This document shows, piece by piece, positions 44,481-56,341 of a stretch of DNA of 56,341 bases; the stretch's first letter is position 1; every line of letters starts with the position of its first letter. The notes under the pieces are model-generated. The model searched no databases, was not told the DNA's origin, and saw only the letters and a list, made by a program, of their open reading frames with translations. The translations under genes and the position numbers were made by a program. The stretch is from Phoronis australis. Its lineage: Eukaryota; Animalia; Phoronida. The DNA is taken from NCBI GenBank assembly GCA_002633005.1, contig NMRA01000107.1, positions 479,727-536,067 of the forward strand, written 5' to 3'.

Positions 44481-46219
44481 CTGCAGACAAACACAAGAGG
44501 TATACTCCCTGCTAAATTGAGATAAATTTTATGTTCAGAGAAAAAGTGATAACTTTTGGTCTCAAATTCCTAGATTCGGGACCATGGTTTTCAAAAAATA
44601 CAACAATTTCTTAATTACAAACTTTTAATAACTGAGAGTTGACTAATAGGGATAAATAGGCATAAATAAACAAACATGGTAAAATTTTCACCTCTATACC
44701 AATAACTTTCATCCTTGGAAACTAAAACACGCTAATATGACTTTTATAGTTTTAAAAGGAGACCTGCTATTCCTTCCAAGAAAAGAACAGAAAAACATTA
44801 CGATTAAAAAACGATGCCTTTTAAAACTTCAGCTTTGGAAACTTAAAATACAATAAGATGGTGAGTAAAAGCCAACAAGACCATGATATTCATTGTGTTT
44901 TAAGACTTAAAGCATTCAATTCAAATCTCTTGAAGCAACGTTTTGTAACTAAAACCAAGTTTTGCTACAGATCTAGTCAAAGGTATATTTTGCTGCTTTG
45001 CCTAAACTTCCAGCAGCAGTGAGGAGAAACTAGGTTATAAAAATGTAGATACAGCCACTTTGGAAATTGCTTAAAAACACCTATGAGGAGCAAATGTTAA
45101 ATTCAGGTTTTTGTTAAAATTCAGCAAAACTTCATTTATGCACATAAGATAACGTTTTCCCTGTACTATGTGCATACGACTAATCACATTCACCACAAAA
45201 CGTAAAAAATGGGTGATTAGGCGGCATCTGCCATCTCCCAGACTCAACAGAGTTCATGTAGGAGCTCAGTTTTGTAAAAGTTCATACTATTGTTGATAGG
45301 AGTGCTGTAAATAAACAATAATTTATCAGAAAACTCACTTTGTCACTGAACTTCCAAAGGTTAGAGTTTATGTGGGTGATTAGTCAGACAGACCAGTGCG
45401 TTGTTACCCTGACGACCTATTCTATACTAAGAGATGCCTCAGCTCTCACAAGAACAGAAAATCACTACAACACGCATATCAGTAGCGAAGCAAGTCATTG
45501 GCTGCGCGCTCTAGCGACCAAACTGTGGAAAGTGAAGTACTTTGAACACAGGTTTTAGCACTGTGTTTTGAGTAAAATATTACATGCTTCTGTAATAAAT
45601 GACATAAGTGTAACCTCCTATTAATTCATTCATTTCAATAACTGTAATGTCTTTGCAATGCTTAAATCATGTGTGCACACTAATAAAGTTTTTAATATTT
45701 TGTAGAATCCCAATCCTCACCCAAACTGCACGTCAACAGAAACAATAATACGTAAGTTTGGACAGAAACTGGGATGTGCTTTTGTCTCTAGATAGGTCTT
45801 AACACAGCAAAACTAAAACGGAAAATGACTAAACCCTATAATCGTCTATCTCTATTCTGTTTGTCTATGCCAGTTTTCATACCATAGGCCTCTGAGCAGG
45901 TTGTCTTTGAGTTTCAAGTAACAGTAACCACTATTACAAAGTTTAACATCTCAGCCTCAGCTGACCTCAGTCTCTGTTGATAACGAAGGGAAGAGAATGA
46001 CAAGCTATGATGGCATGATGATATTTTAACAGAATCTGCTCTTTGACATAGTCTCTATAATAAGACTTAATTTTGTAGTCTGCAGTTTAAGAGGTGTTTG
46101 TTTAATGCATACTGTAGTTCCATTGTTTACAAAAACCATCAAGTATCGTATGATCAATATAATCATAATTATAGGTATGTAGATTGCCATTCACCAGCCT
46201 TACTTGGTAAGTGATGAGT

Positions 46220-46580
46220 ACTACATTCCACTAGGCCCCCACAACATTAACTCCATTCCACGAGGGTCCCCAGCACATACACACTACATTCCACTAGGCC
46301 CTCAGAACATTCACTTCGTTCCACGGGGGGAGGGGTCTCCAGCTGACATAAACACTACATTCTATTAGCCTTAGGGTATCCAGCACACACACACTACATT
46401 CCACTAGGCCCTTAGAACATTCACTGCATTCTACCAGGGTTAACTTTCCACCACAAACACACTACATTCCACCAGTCCCTTAGAACATTAACTCCATTCC
46501 ACAGGGGCCTCCACCACAAACACACTATATTCCACTAGACCCTCAGAATATTCACTCCACAACACGAGGGTCTCCAGCAC
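46220..46580. repeat. Degenerate ~57-bp tandem repeat
   Basis: ACACTACATTCCACTAGGCCCTTAGAACATT recurring ~6 times. Confidence 0.8.
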
Positions 46581-47709
46581 ATAGTACAGCAGATGAGGGA
46601 CAGAACAGCCAATATCTGATACAATGGTGATAGAGCAGTTGGTAGATAGCGTTCCGCATCCTGGTATGCACTTATTGCACTGGGATATTTCCAGAGGTTT
46701 TGACATTCTTTAAGACAATCATTCCACCAAACTTGTTCAGCAGTGGGATATTTAAATAATAAAGCCATGTTCTGAACATCTCAAATGTCTGAATGAAAGA
46801 AATTGAGTTTAGTTCCTATCAACTCTGCATGTCTTGTACGCCAGAATTAGCACATGGGTCAAGTCAAAGAGTCATATATAGTGCATTTCCCATTCCACCT
46901 GGTGTTCCACCATGTTGACGTAGTGCTTGACCACATCACCAAAGTGGGCTTTTATTTTTAGAAAACGGTGAATATTAACTACAAACTTTTTCAAGTTAGT
47001 ATGTTTTGCCTGATATACAGTAAAAGTTCTTCAGCTTGGGACACAATATGGTGGACCGGGTCAACACCATTTTGCTCAATTTCTCAACAAAATTAACTCT
47101 TCCAAGAAAATTTACTTTGCTTTTACACTTCTGCCTGTATGATGTAGGTATTACCTGAAATAACACTTGGGTTAAATTTTGAGCCCGTGCAACAATGTGG
47201 TAAGCCTCTGAAAACTTGAAATATGGCAACTCTCGGAGACTTGGTCGCTCTGGCCTTGGCCAGACAATGAAAGTAGAGCAAAGATGTGTGATATTGCAAT
47301 TCAGGTAAGGATCACAGTTTTGAAAAACAAAGTCTTGTTTGTTTGTTGAAAAATCAAGGTGCGTGAATGATTTTACTGCGTTACATTTTTAACGGCCAAC
47401 AAGGCCCAAGTCAGTTTGCTACCAAGCCAACTTATAAAGCATGCTGTCGGTAGCCGTGACAATTGCCTGGCAGTTGCTTATATATTTTATGCTAGGTTGT
47501 TGCCAAACATATCTATACGCAAAAAACTTTTATGTTGTTTTTCATACTAAATCCCTTCCATACAAATGTAATTTTAAACCTCTTAGAATGGATCACAGGT
47601 TCAACATAACTACCAGGAAAAAAGATACATTAGAACAAGCAAGCAGACCATCTCAATACTTATTTAGATTAGATCAACCGTGAACTTGTATTATTTACAT
47701 ATGTGCAGG

Positions 47710-47710
47710 A

Positions 47711-47742
<32 letters not shown>

Positions 47743-47757
47743 GCGTGTGCGTGTGCG
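47710..47757. repeat. (GT)n/(GTGTGC)n microsatellite
   Basis: Direct reading. Confidence 0.95.
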
Positions 47758-47889
47758 TACATGGGTGTGTGTTTCATTTGCATATAATAACTTACTGTCT
47801 TAAACCTTAGTGAAGACTTTGCTACCAAGCTACTTCAGAAATGCCTGCGTCTTTGGGCTGAAGAAGGCTATGTCTGCCAAGTAGACTTA

Positions 47890-48018
47890 CAACAAGTCAC
47901 CACCTTCAGGCTACCAACTGGCCACTGGCAGCTCCTTTCTCACCCGCATCACCTTAAAATTTCTAACACGGACGAGTGCCCATGTTGCACTGGCCCTCAG
48001 ACACCAGACCACATCCGA
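47890..48018 (+). mobile_element. Short LINE remnant (I-group/Ingi-like C-terminal CCHC region)
   Basis: Translates QQVTTFRLPTGHWQLLSHPHHLKISNTDECPCCTGPQTPDHI, matching the RLRTGH...CxC...T..H pattern. Confidence 0.7.
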
Positions 48019-49639
48019 CCGAATTTCTGGAGGATTCAGTTATACTACTAGAAACTTGGGATTTTCTAAACATTTTGCAACAGTATTGGTAAGTTGTATA
48101 TAAAACAAATCACTCAATATTCAGAGCCACTTGATTGTAAATAAATTCTGTGTTTGATTTGTTAATCGATATTTTCCTGTGCTGCCCATACCTTTTAGAA
48201 GATAAGACTGGACAATGCTTCAGTTTTAATGAGATTCCACCACAGGTGTTTGTTCCACAACTTTTGTTGCAGTTGGTATCAATTCCTGAGCTGCACACTG
48301 ATTATGGTGATCACAGCTTCACTTGACGTGAGCAAGTTTATATATTTCTGGGCCAAGAAATATTCAATGGAGAAGTGTTTCTATTACTTACAATTGGATG
48401 AATTTAAAAGAAACTTCAGTTGTTCGATCTTACTAGACAGTAAAGACTCTCTCATACCAATGTGAATGTTTCAATGTTTTGGGGAGTTGCAGTCAGTATG
48501 AACGGTTATCTATGGTCCTGAATCGAATTTAACAGCACCCGTTAACTATGCAGTAAACAGGTGGATTTAACAGCAGGAGCGTCAATGCTGTGGTGCGGTA
48601 TGAACGGTCAACATCGGTCCCATCGAAATTATCGCCAGGTGCCACTGTTATCGTCAACAATTAAAGGGCAGTGTCATTGCTAATAGGTGCTTATATGTTG
48701 CTCAAATAATCACCAATTAAAAATAAGTTCTCAAATTGTCACCGCTACCTTGCGATTGCTTAGATGACGACAGCATCACCTATCGTTTACTTCGATAACA
48801 GTTAACTACCAAAGCAGGTGTGAAAGTTTCAGTTAACTTCGCAGTTTACGTCGACGCTCCGTTCAGACTGGAGTTGTGTCTGTATGACAGGGCCTTAACA
48901 CAGCTTCAGTACAAAAGAGTGATTGTCTAAACCAAATTTAAGATTGCAAGTAACCATTTCCTGGCAAAACAAATCAAAAGAGGACAGAAAAGACAGCTAG
49001 AGAATTTAAAGAGAGCAAGAAGTCACCAACAGAAAATAAAAGATGGCTAGATGCCTTGTTTTAACAACCTGTGAAGAACCATGGAAAATTTGTCTGGTAA
49101 AAGAGCTAGCATTTTCACCTTTGGACAACTGCCACTCATGAACCTTGCGTTATGCCAGTGACTTATATTTCAGAGGCTGACATGGTTTTTGAGTCCATGA
49201 TTTGTGGTACAAAGGGCGTCCCAAGATCTGTAACTACGGTAATTCCCAAGTTTTCAACCTATACATAATCAAGACGAATTAGTTGATATCATAACAAGGC
49301 ATATGTTTGCATTGTCACAAACTTAGCTAAAATTAAAAAAGCTTGATCAAGATTAATAGTACATCACATCATTAGATTGAATTCCCTTGCCCCATTACCT
49401 ACCATTGCTGATTTAGCTTTAAAAAGACTGCTGATGAGTAAGGTAAGTCTGGCTTGTCAAAAAATCGTGAAGCTTGTTGGACCAGTCACCTTTCGAAACA
49501 TTGAAAAAGCTCAGAGAAAATCTTACCACTTGGTAATCATTGTTGTGCAAGCTTGAGTAAGACTCCTGATAGGTATCATAATTCAAGCTGACAATCGTTA
49601 GCGAATTCGTCATCAAACAAGATTCAGTTTCACATCGAC

Positions 49640-50470
49640 TTGTGATCAGATTTTAAGCATATCCATGGCCTGTTCACCAATAAGCATATTACATGGCCAG
49701 TAGATTGGTGATCACAATCAGCATATCTCATGGCCAGTAGATTGGTGTTCACAATCAGCATACTGCATGGCCAGTAGATTGGTGATCACAATCAGCATAT
49801 CTCATGGTCAGTAGATTGGTGATCACAATAAGCATACTGCATGGCCAGTAGATTGGTGATCACAATCGGCATACTGCATGGCCAGTAGATTGGTCATCAC
49901 AATCAGCATATCTCATGGCCAGTAGATTGGTGATCACAATCAGCATATCTCATGGCCAGTAGATTGGTGTTCACAATCAGCATACTGCATGGCCAGTAGA
50001 TTGGTGATCACAATCAGCATATCTCATGGTCAGTAGATTGGTGATCACAATAAGCATACTGCATGGCCAGTAGATTGGTGATCACAATCAGCATATCTCA
50101 TGGCCAGTAGATTGGTGATCACAATCAGCATATCTCATGGCCAGTAGATAGGTGATCACAATAAGCATACTGCATGGCCAGTAGATTGGTGATCACAATC
50201 GGCATACTGCATGGTCAGTAGATTGGTGATCACAATAAGCATACTGCATGGTCAGTAGATTGGTGATCACAATAAGCATACTGCATGGCCAGTAGATTGG
50301 TGGTCACAATAAGCATACTGCATGGCCAGAAGATTGGTGGTCACAATAAGCATACTGCATGGCCAGTAGATTGGTGGTCACAATAAGCATACTGCATGAC
50401 CAGTAGATTGGTGATCACAATCAGCATGTATTCCAAGGCCTATTGATTGGTTATCACAATAAGCACATCC
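49640..50470. repeat. 37-bp minisatellite, ~21 copies
   Basis: ATGGCCAGTAGATTGGTGATCACAATMAGCATA(TCTC/CTGC). Confidence 0.96.
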
Positions 50471-50744
50471 CACGGCCTGTTATAGCATGCGTGGTGCACT
50501 CAGGTGCTCTAAAATGAAGACATCTGACACATTAATGGAAAGGAAAATTCAGCTTAGTGTGGAGCACAGGACGAACAATTAAATGTTGACCATCAATGGC
50601 CACGCTTGAGTACTTTTTATCTTCATTGGAATAAAAATTCTTCAGTTTGGAGTCTTTGGACACAATGTGGCAAACAGGTGGCATTTCATTTTGTCAAATT
50701 TCTCAACGAAAGCAACTTTTCAGCACAATTTACTATGCCTTTAG

Positions 50745-50890
50745 CATGGTTTGTGTGGCATGACTATTACCATGCAACATTTGGTTTGTGTGGCATAGCT
50801 ATTACCTTGCAACATTTGGTTTGTGTGGCATAGCTATTACCATGCAACATTTGGTTTGTGTGGCATAGCTATTACCATGCAACATTTGGT
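50745..50890. repeat. 35-bp minisatellite, ~4 copies
   Basis: CATTTGGTTTGTGTGGCATAGCTATTACCATGCAA. Confidence 0.92.
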
Positions 50891-52304
50891 AAAATCATGA
50901 CCATTTGCAACAATGTGGTAAGTTTCTGAAAACACGGCAATTTTGGCAATAATTTTTTTCATAGGTTTGCCAATTTAAGGATAATTTAAGTTTGTAAGTT
51001 GTAGTGTTGTATGACAATTATCAGATTAACACAGGTTGACCCAATACAGTTATCAAATGGTTTTATCTAATATTTAACCACACAGACCTGTTATGGAAAC
51101 AGGATGTTGTTGACACACTTTTCAAAAATCACTTTTCTATCTGGCAGCTTCAATAAACCTAAGAGGATAAACAATAATCTAAGGGTACAAATCCCAGAAT
51201 ACACCACATCAACTTACAGCAATGCAATAGTGAACAATGAATGAATAGTGGCAATGGACAAACGAAACTACAGGCTTTCAGCTTTTTATTTGTGTTTGGC
51301 AAAGACATAATCCTGTAGATACACACTGTATTAATAATGCAGTCATTTATCTGCTGTAAAAATGACCCACATTCACCACTGCTAATATCAACAGGCAAGT
51401 CATGCACAGATGGACTACAATAGTTTCAAACATTGTTTTCTTTCTGACCGTTGAACCAGTAAAATGTCCTAGGATGCAAAGAGTTTGACAATAGCTTCAT
51501 TGACTAGGTGACTAGGCTCCACCAGCCATTGGCCAGCTCCCCATAGGCGAAATCTGAGCGGCACTGGCAATGGTTGAGCTAAGTCCATTCAGCAATAAAA
51601 ATTAATTTCGGGAAACCCACTCATTTGTCGACTCAGTCAGCTTGAATCAAGTCGCGCCATAAGTGATGTTCATACTTTGATTCGGAGTCCTAAAAATAGC
51701 AAGCGAATGTCCCATTTCATGTCTGTCACTCCCCCTGAAATAACTCTTTTACCGGAATGAAATGCTCAACTCTGTAGGGGGGGGAGGAGACGGTTAGCGC
51801 TCTTGATAATGGGAATTTCTCGCTTCATAGTGAGATCTCATGTAGGTGCTGCTTCTTGTCATCTGCAAGTGACAACGTCAAAACGACGAATAGAAGACCA
51901 TTTTTCAGTGGCAAACGAAACCCAGTCTCTCAATAACTTTTTACATTCGCAACGTGGTGTGAGCCGGTTCAGTGGTGCTTTAATACTATTAAAAATTACC
52001 TGGAGGATAAAACTGAACTGCGTTGAGCTGTCTCAAACATGCAACATGAACTCTATGTTTAAATTATGATTTCCATATACCAGTGAATCTCTCCTAATTC
52101 ATTACTAACTTTACCAATTTTCAGCGCACAATTTATCATATCAAAATTGTTAGAGACTTGAAACTAACAAGTTTTCTTGTCAAGGAGTAAAAGGCGTGAA
52201 TGACGCTGGGAAGAACGAGTTTGTTCAAAATATGTCACATGTCATACCTAGTCAGCTTGCTAAGTGTCGCAAGTGTAAAAACAGGGCTCTCGATTATTTG
52301 AGAG

Positions 52305-52948
52305 TCGTCCGATAGTCGACGTCATCAGTTGTCAACTTCATATAAATACACTTAATAAATTTAGTAAAAAACCTGCAGAGGGTTTAAGAGATACAGCCAC
52401 GGGCGTAAAAAAAAACAAAATTGTCATTAGGAGGCACCACAGTAGTCGAAGTTGTCGGAAAATCATCGTCAGCCCTTTTTTTCATAGTAAGAACATACAT
52501 GCCAAATTTCCTAATCATGCTTACTAGTAGAGCGGTTTGGTTGAAAGATGGGCGGACTCCAAAAGACAGACTCAAAAACGGCAAAAAAGGCCACTATGTG
52601 GTGCAAAATACCTTGAATCCATCTGAAAACAGGAGGATAGCATCATCTCAATGACAGATGCTTATATGCCAAATTTTATGAAAATCTGTTGAGGACCTTT
52701 GAAGTCATACAGAAGTTAACGTAAAAAACTAAAATTGCCACTAGGGGGCACACCGATAGTCCAATCCGTCCGAACGTTCGCTCATGCCATCAAATCTATA
52801 AAAGGAACGTATGTGCAAAATTTCAGGAACATGCGTCAAAGGAGACAAAGCAGAGGACGCCGGACGGATGCTAGACGGACGCCAGATGAGCGCTAGACGG
52901 ACGGGATGACGGCAAAATGGGTCCACATATAAATATGTGGGTGCATAA
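52305..52948 (-). mobile_element. Helentron/HINE-like element (family A, copy 3; 3'-truncated)
   Basis: Reverse-complement homolog of 7935..8555. It begins TTATGCACCCACATATTTATATGTGGACCCATTTTGCCGTCATCCCGTCCGTC. Confidence 0.78.
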
Positions 52949-54580
52949 CAATGACCTATTCCAAAATCATTGACAATATCATTGTTAGGTATTTCGAATG
53001 AGATACCTTTCTTCTGAAAATTCTCGAAGCGTTAATAATAAAAAATGAAACTCTTGACAATTAAATTCCCAAGATACTGGGTTCTATCGTACCTTGTCGT
53101 TATATAAATAATGTCCATATTTCGTGATACCTATGCATTTCATTTAATTTTACATTTTATAGTAGTTTAGTTCTCATGACAATTCTTTCTGAAATTGCAC
53201 TCTGATATATGCTACCTTATATTCGTGTTTAAGTATATCTCAAACCTTATTCACAAAAAAGGCCATTCTTACAATATTTTACAAGTGTCTAGTAAAATAC
53301 CTTATCTTCATTCTCGGGAAACTTCAAATACAAAGTATATACTGCGGAGCGAAAAAAAAGATTTAACAGAACCACCTTGGAACCGCACAACCGTGTGGAT
53401 ACTTGTTTACTACTTATCCGAAGTCAAAGGTTAAAGGGCTTTCAATCAAATCGAATCTCCCGCCAGGTACAGAACAGCTTTGTATACCCTCAGTCCTTTC
53501 ATTCACAAAATCGGCATAACATTGAGTAAACGAGGTGTATTGATGGTAGAATGGTGCCCGGGGAAAACAAACACAAAACGTAGTTTTGATCCTAAGGGAG
53601 TTGTGCATCTACATGCATACTACCGTTGGCGCTGAGAACGAATGCTACGATCGCCTCAGGCCTCTGTGAAAAGAGATAAATCCTCACCCTAATTCTTTCA
53701 TTCAATTACTAAACTGACATTTCAATGTTTCGATCTCAAGCTAACGAGATGCTTTAACCACCGATTGATTTTTTTTATCCATTTCTTACTTGGTTTCATA
53801 TCAGTCTCCAAGCACATGACGTGTACAGGCTATGTGCATAACAATGAACGGTGACCTATTTATATAAAAGTATGTCAAATAGGTCGCAAAAAACAGTAAG
53901 ACTTAGCTGGGAACGGTACGCTTTAATGATAATTAAGTTAATTACGCACTTGAAAATTAATTGACATTGCGAGTGAATGTTGAAATACCGAACATATTTA
54001 GGGCTTGTATAGGTTATGTGTACTGAAAACAAGTTTTCACCAAATAATTAACCAAAGACTGAGATTTTTACTGGTCCAAGCTTAATCGGCTTTTTCTTGG
54101 CTTCGACAAATCGACTTTATTTGAATTTAGGAACACGAGTTCTCGAAAACGGCTCGGTAGATTTCATAGAAACTTTAAAGTTTCATTGAAATCAATCGAG
54201 AGGTTATTTTCATATGAATGTACCTTTCTAAGAAGTAAAATTTTGACTTAAAAAGGTTTTTACATGAAAATAATAATGGTACATTAATACAAAAAGTATT
54301 TTCATATTCCCTAATCTTTTTTCTTTCAGAAAATATATACTTTTACTGGTTGACAAAGCTTACCGTATTTTTTTGATACACGAGTTAGAATAGAGGCCAC
54401 TAAATAAGGTTGGAGATAACCTTAAAATCATTGTTCTTGTTTCACGTAAAACACACCATAGTGTTGATAATTTTACATTTATTTGCCTGGACCAAGTCTA
54501 GTCGAAGTTTTGCAACTGTTTTACTATGAAATTTTTGTACGGTGGGTTATTTTACATATACTCATGCGTTTGTAATTGTG

Positions 54581-54735
54581 ATGCCACTCACACTCGGTGA
54601 TGTATTATTTCAATGGCCTTCTGATGAAAGACATTTATGTAAACAATACAAAAGTTTGTTGAACAAACTATCTAAGGCCAAGAACAGCTTACTTTTCAAT
54701 GAAACATGTATAAAAGAAGGTCTGCTACCAAAATG
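54581..54735 (+). mobile_element. Penelope-like element ORF N-terminal fragment
   Basis: MPLTLGDVLFQWPSDERHLCKQYKSLLNKLSKAKNSLLFNETCIKEGLLPK fits the FN.TC..E.LLPK motif I recognise from PLE N-termini. Confidence 0.55.
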
Positions 54736-54748
54736 TACATGTACAATG

Positions 54749-55087
54749 TACCTAAAATACACAATTAACGGACTCATAAACACCGTCATGGACACAGGAA
54801 CACGACTCACGTACATGCAAACACAGTTCACTGACTCACAAACACGGGAACGGACTCATCGGCATCCTGGGTCGGCTGATATCTATATTTTGTCCGTAAA
54901 CCGTGTTTGGCAGTTCGTTAACCGTGTTTCTTCGTGAATGCGAGTCCGTGTCCCGTGTGTTTGGGTGAATGGATCGTGTTTTGTGAGTCCGCTCCTGTGT
55001 TTGTGAGTCAGTGTTTGGAGGTAAGTGAGTCGGGTTCATGCGTCTATGACCATGTTTATGAGTCTGTTAACTATATAGTTTAGGTAC
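54749..55087. mobile_element. MITE-like fold-back element with repeated GACTCA subterminal motifs
   Basis: GTACCTAAA..TTAACGGACTCATAAACA.. / ..TGTTTATGAGTCTGTTAA..TTTAGGTAC; inverted arms exceed 100 bp. Confidence 0.7.
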
Positions 55088-55699
55088 CTTGATATATCTA
55101 TATCTATATCTAGATACAAAGACTGGATTTGTGGGCTTAACAAAGTTAGTCAGGCTTCAATGGTCAGTATTAGAAGTATAATTTACAGACACTTGATAAA
55201 CTTTTCAAGCATGCAGCCTGCTCAATTTATTGCCTCCTTAACACATCTGTTTATAAGTGCAAACTGGGGAATTTAAGAGCTTAAAACCACCATACACCTG
55301 GGTTAACCTTGTTTTGACAAGTTGCTACACTGTCCACAACATTAAACCTTCCTTTATAGTACTGCATTATCACAACCATGAATTAAATATCCCAAAAGCA
55401 AGAAAATAGAAACAGGCGACTTTAATTGAAAGTTTCTTAGCTTCACAGACACAAAACTCACCTGGTGTCATGTCCACCAACGTGCGAGTTTCTTGTACAA
55501 ACTTGTGCCATATCTGCGCTTCATTGATGTTACGAGAAAAAGTGAGTTGTCATTGACCGGGATCCCAGAGCTTTTTTGGGCATGAAAAGGTAACCAATTT
55601 TCTTTGGTGCCACAGTGCTCTATGGGTATCCTGATGCTTGGAAATGGCCGCCTGGCAGGTTCGCTCTGGTGGGTGTGGTCAAGGGAGCCAAGAGAATGA

Positions 55700-56265
55700 C
55701 ACTCGAAAATTGAGCTAGATCAACTTTTCTGGTAACCACTTCAAACTGCCTTGGATACCTACTACGTAATCCACTGTATCAAAATTGGCCACTGCCAGAC
55801 AATTTCAGTGGTGGGGACTACCCGCCAGACGAACATATACAGGGTACAAAAATTGAGCTAGATCAATCCAAGAGGTAAAGCCAGACAAATCTAGTGGTGG
55901 GTTGCCCCCGCCAGACACGCCCAAATACCAGAATTGAGCTAGGTCAATCCATCAGGTAACCGCTTGAAACCAATTGCACAATGTTCAGCATCACTGAACA
56001 TGGCACAAAAGTTAGCTGCCAGACAATTTCTGCGGTGGGGTGCCCTTGCCAGACGATTATCAAAAAGGGCTAAAATTGAGCTTGATCAATCCAAGAGGTA
56101 ACCGCACGAAACCAGTTGCAAAATATTCACCGTAGCCCCGGGTATCACGAATAAGCACTGCCAGACAAATCTAGTGGTGGGTTAGCCCCGCCAGACACGC
56201 CCAAATACCCGAGTTGAGGTAGATCAACCCACCAAGTAACCGCTTGAAACCATTTGCATAATGCC
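55700..56265. repeat. Diverged ~140-bp tandem repeat (5 units, one internally deleted)
   Basis: TTGAGCTAGATCAA...GGTAACC...GCCAGACAA..TGGTGGG recurring near 55710, 55853, 55934, 56076 and 56213. Confidence 0.8.
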
Positions 56266-56341
56266 CAGCAACACTCCACATGCAACAACGCTGTGGGGCA
56301 GTAGCAAGTGGAGATTTGGTCCATGCCCGGTTGACCTTTAT

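Noticed and set aside
47855-47885. Hammerhead-like CTGAAGA; also CTGATGA at 43240 (-) and 54621 (+)
   Set aside because: No correctly placed stem II plus GAAA, and no closing stems.
49640-50470. CRISPR-like appearance (37-bp period); same for the 32.3-kb and 24.7-kb arrays
   Set aside because: Units are contiguous with no unique spacers, no cas genes are present, and the context is eukaryotic.

Overview
Eukaryotic genomic DNA: AT-rich, intron-rich and repeat-rich, consistent with a marine invertebrate (inference). There are two convergent host genes. (1) A 16-coding-exon choline transporter-like gene (SLC44A1/CTL1 family) on + at 5044..30138. I assembled it by hand from GT-AG junctions with consistent phases (2052 nt, 683 aa). 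(2) A single-coding-exon 723-aa C2H2 zinc-finger gene on - at 40199..42370. It carries 8 fingers, two PLDLS CtBP motifs, a CQT LC8-type motif and a C-terminal helix that resembles the MORC3-type C-terminal coiled coil, plus candidate 5'UTR exons and uORFs. The rest is mobile-element and repeat sequence: the 5' end of a Ty1/Copia LTR element, LINE remnants, a TTAA-flanked Kolobok-like THAP derivative with ~305-bp TIRs, Helentron/HINE-like elements, a CCC..GGG/TA MITE containing a 54-bp satellite, small MITEs, a Penelope-like fragment and many minisatellites. One N occurs at 15533. No CRISPR array, rRNA or intact tRNA was seen. All family assignments come from motif recognition, not database searches.
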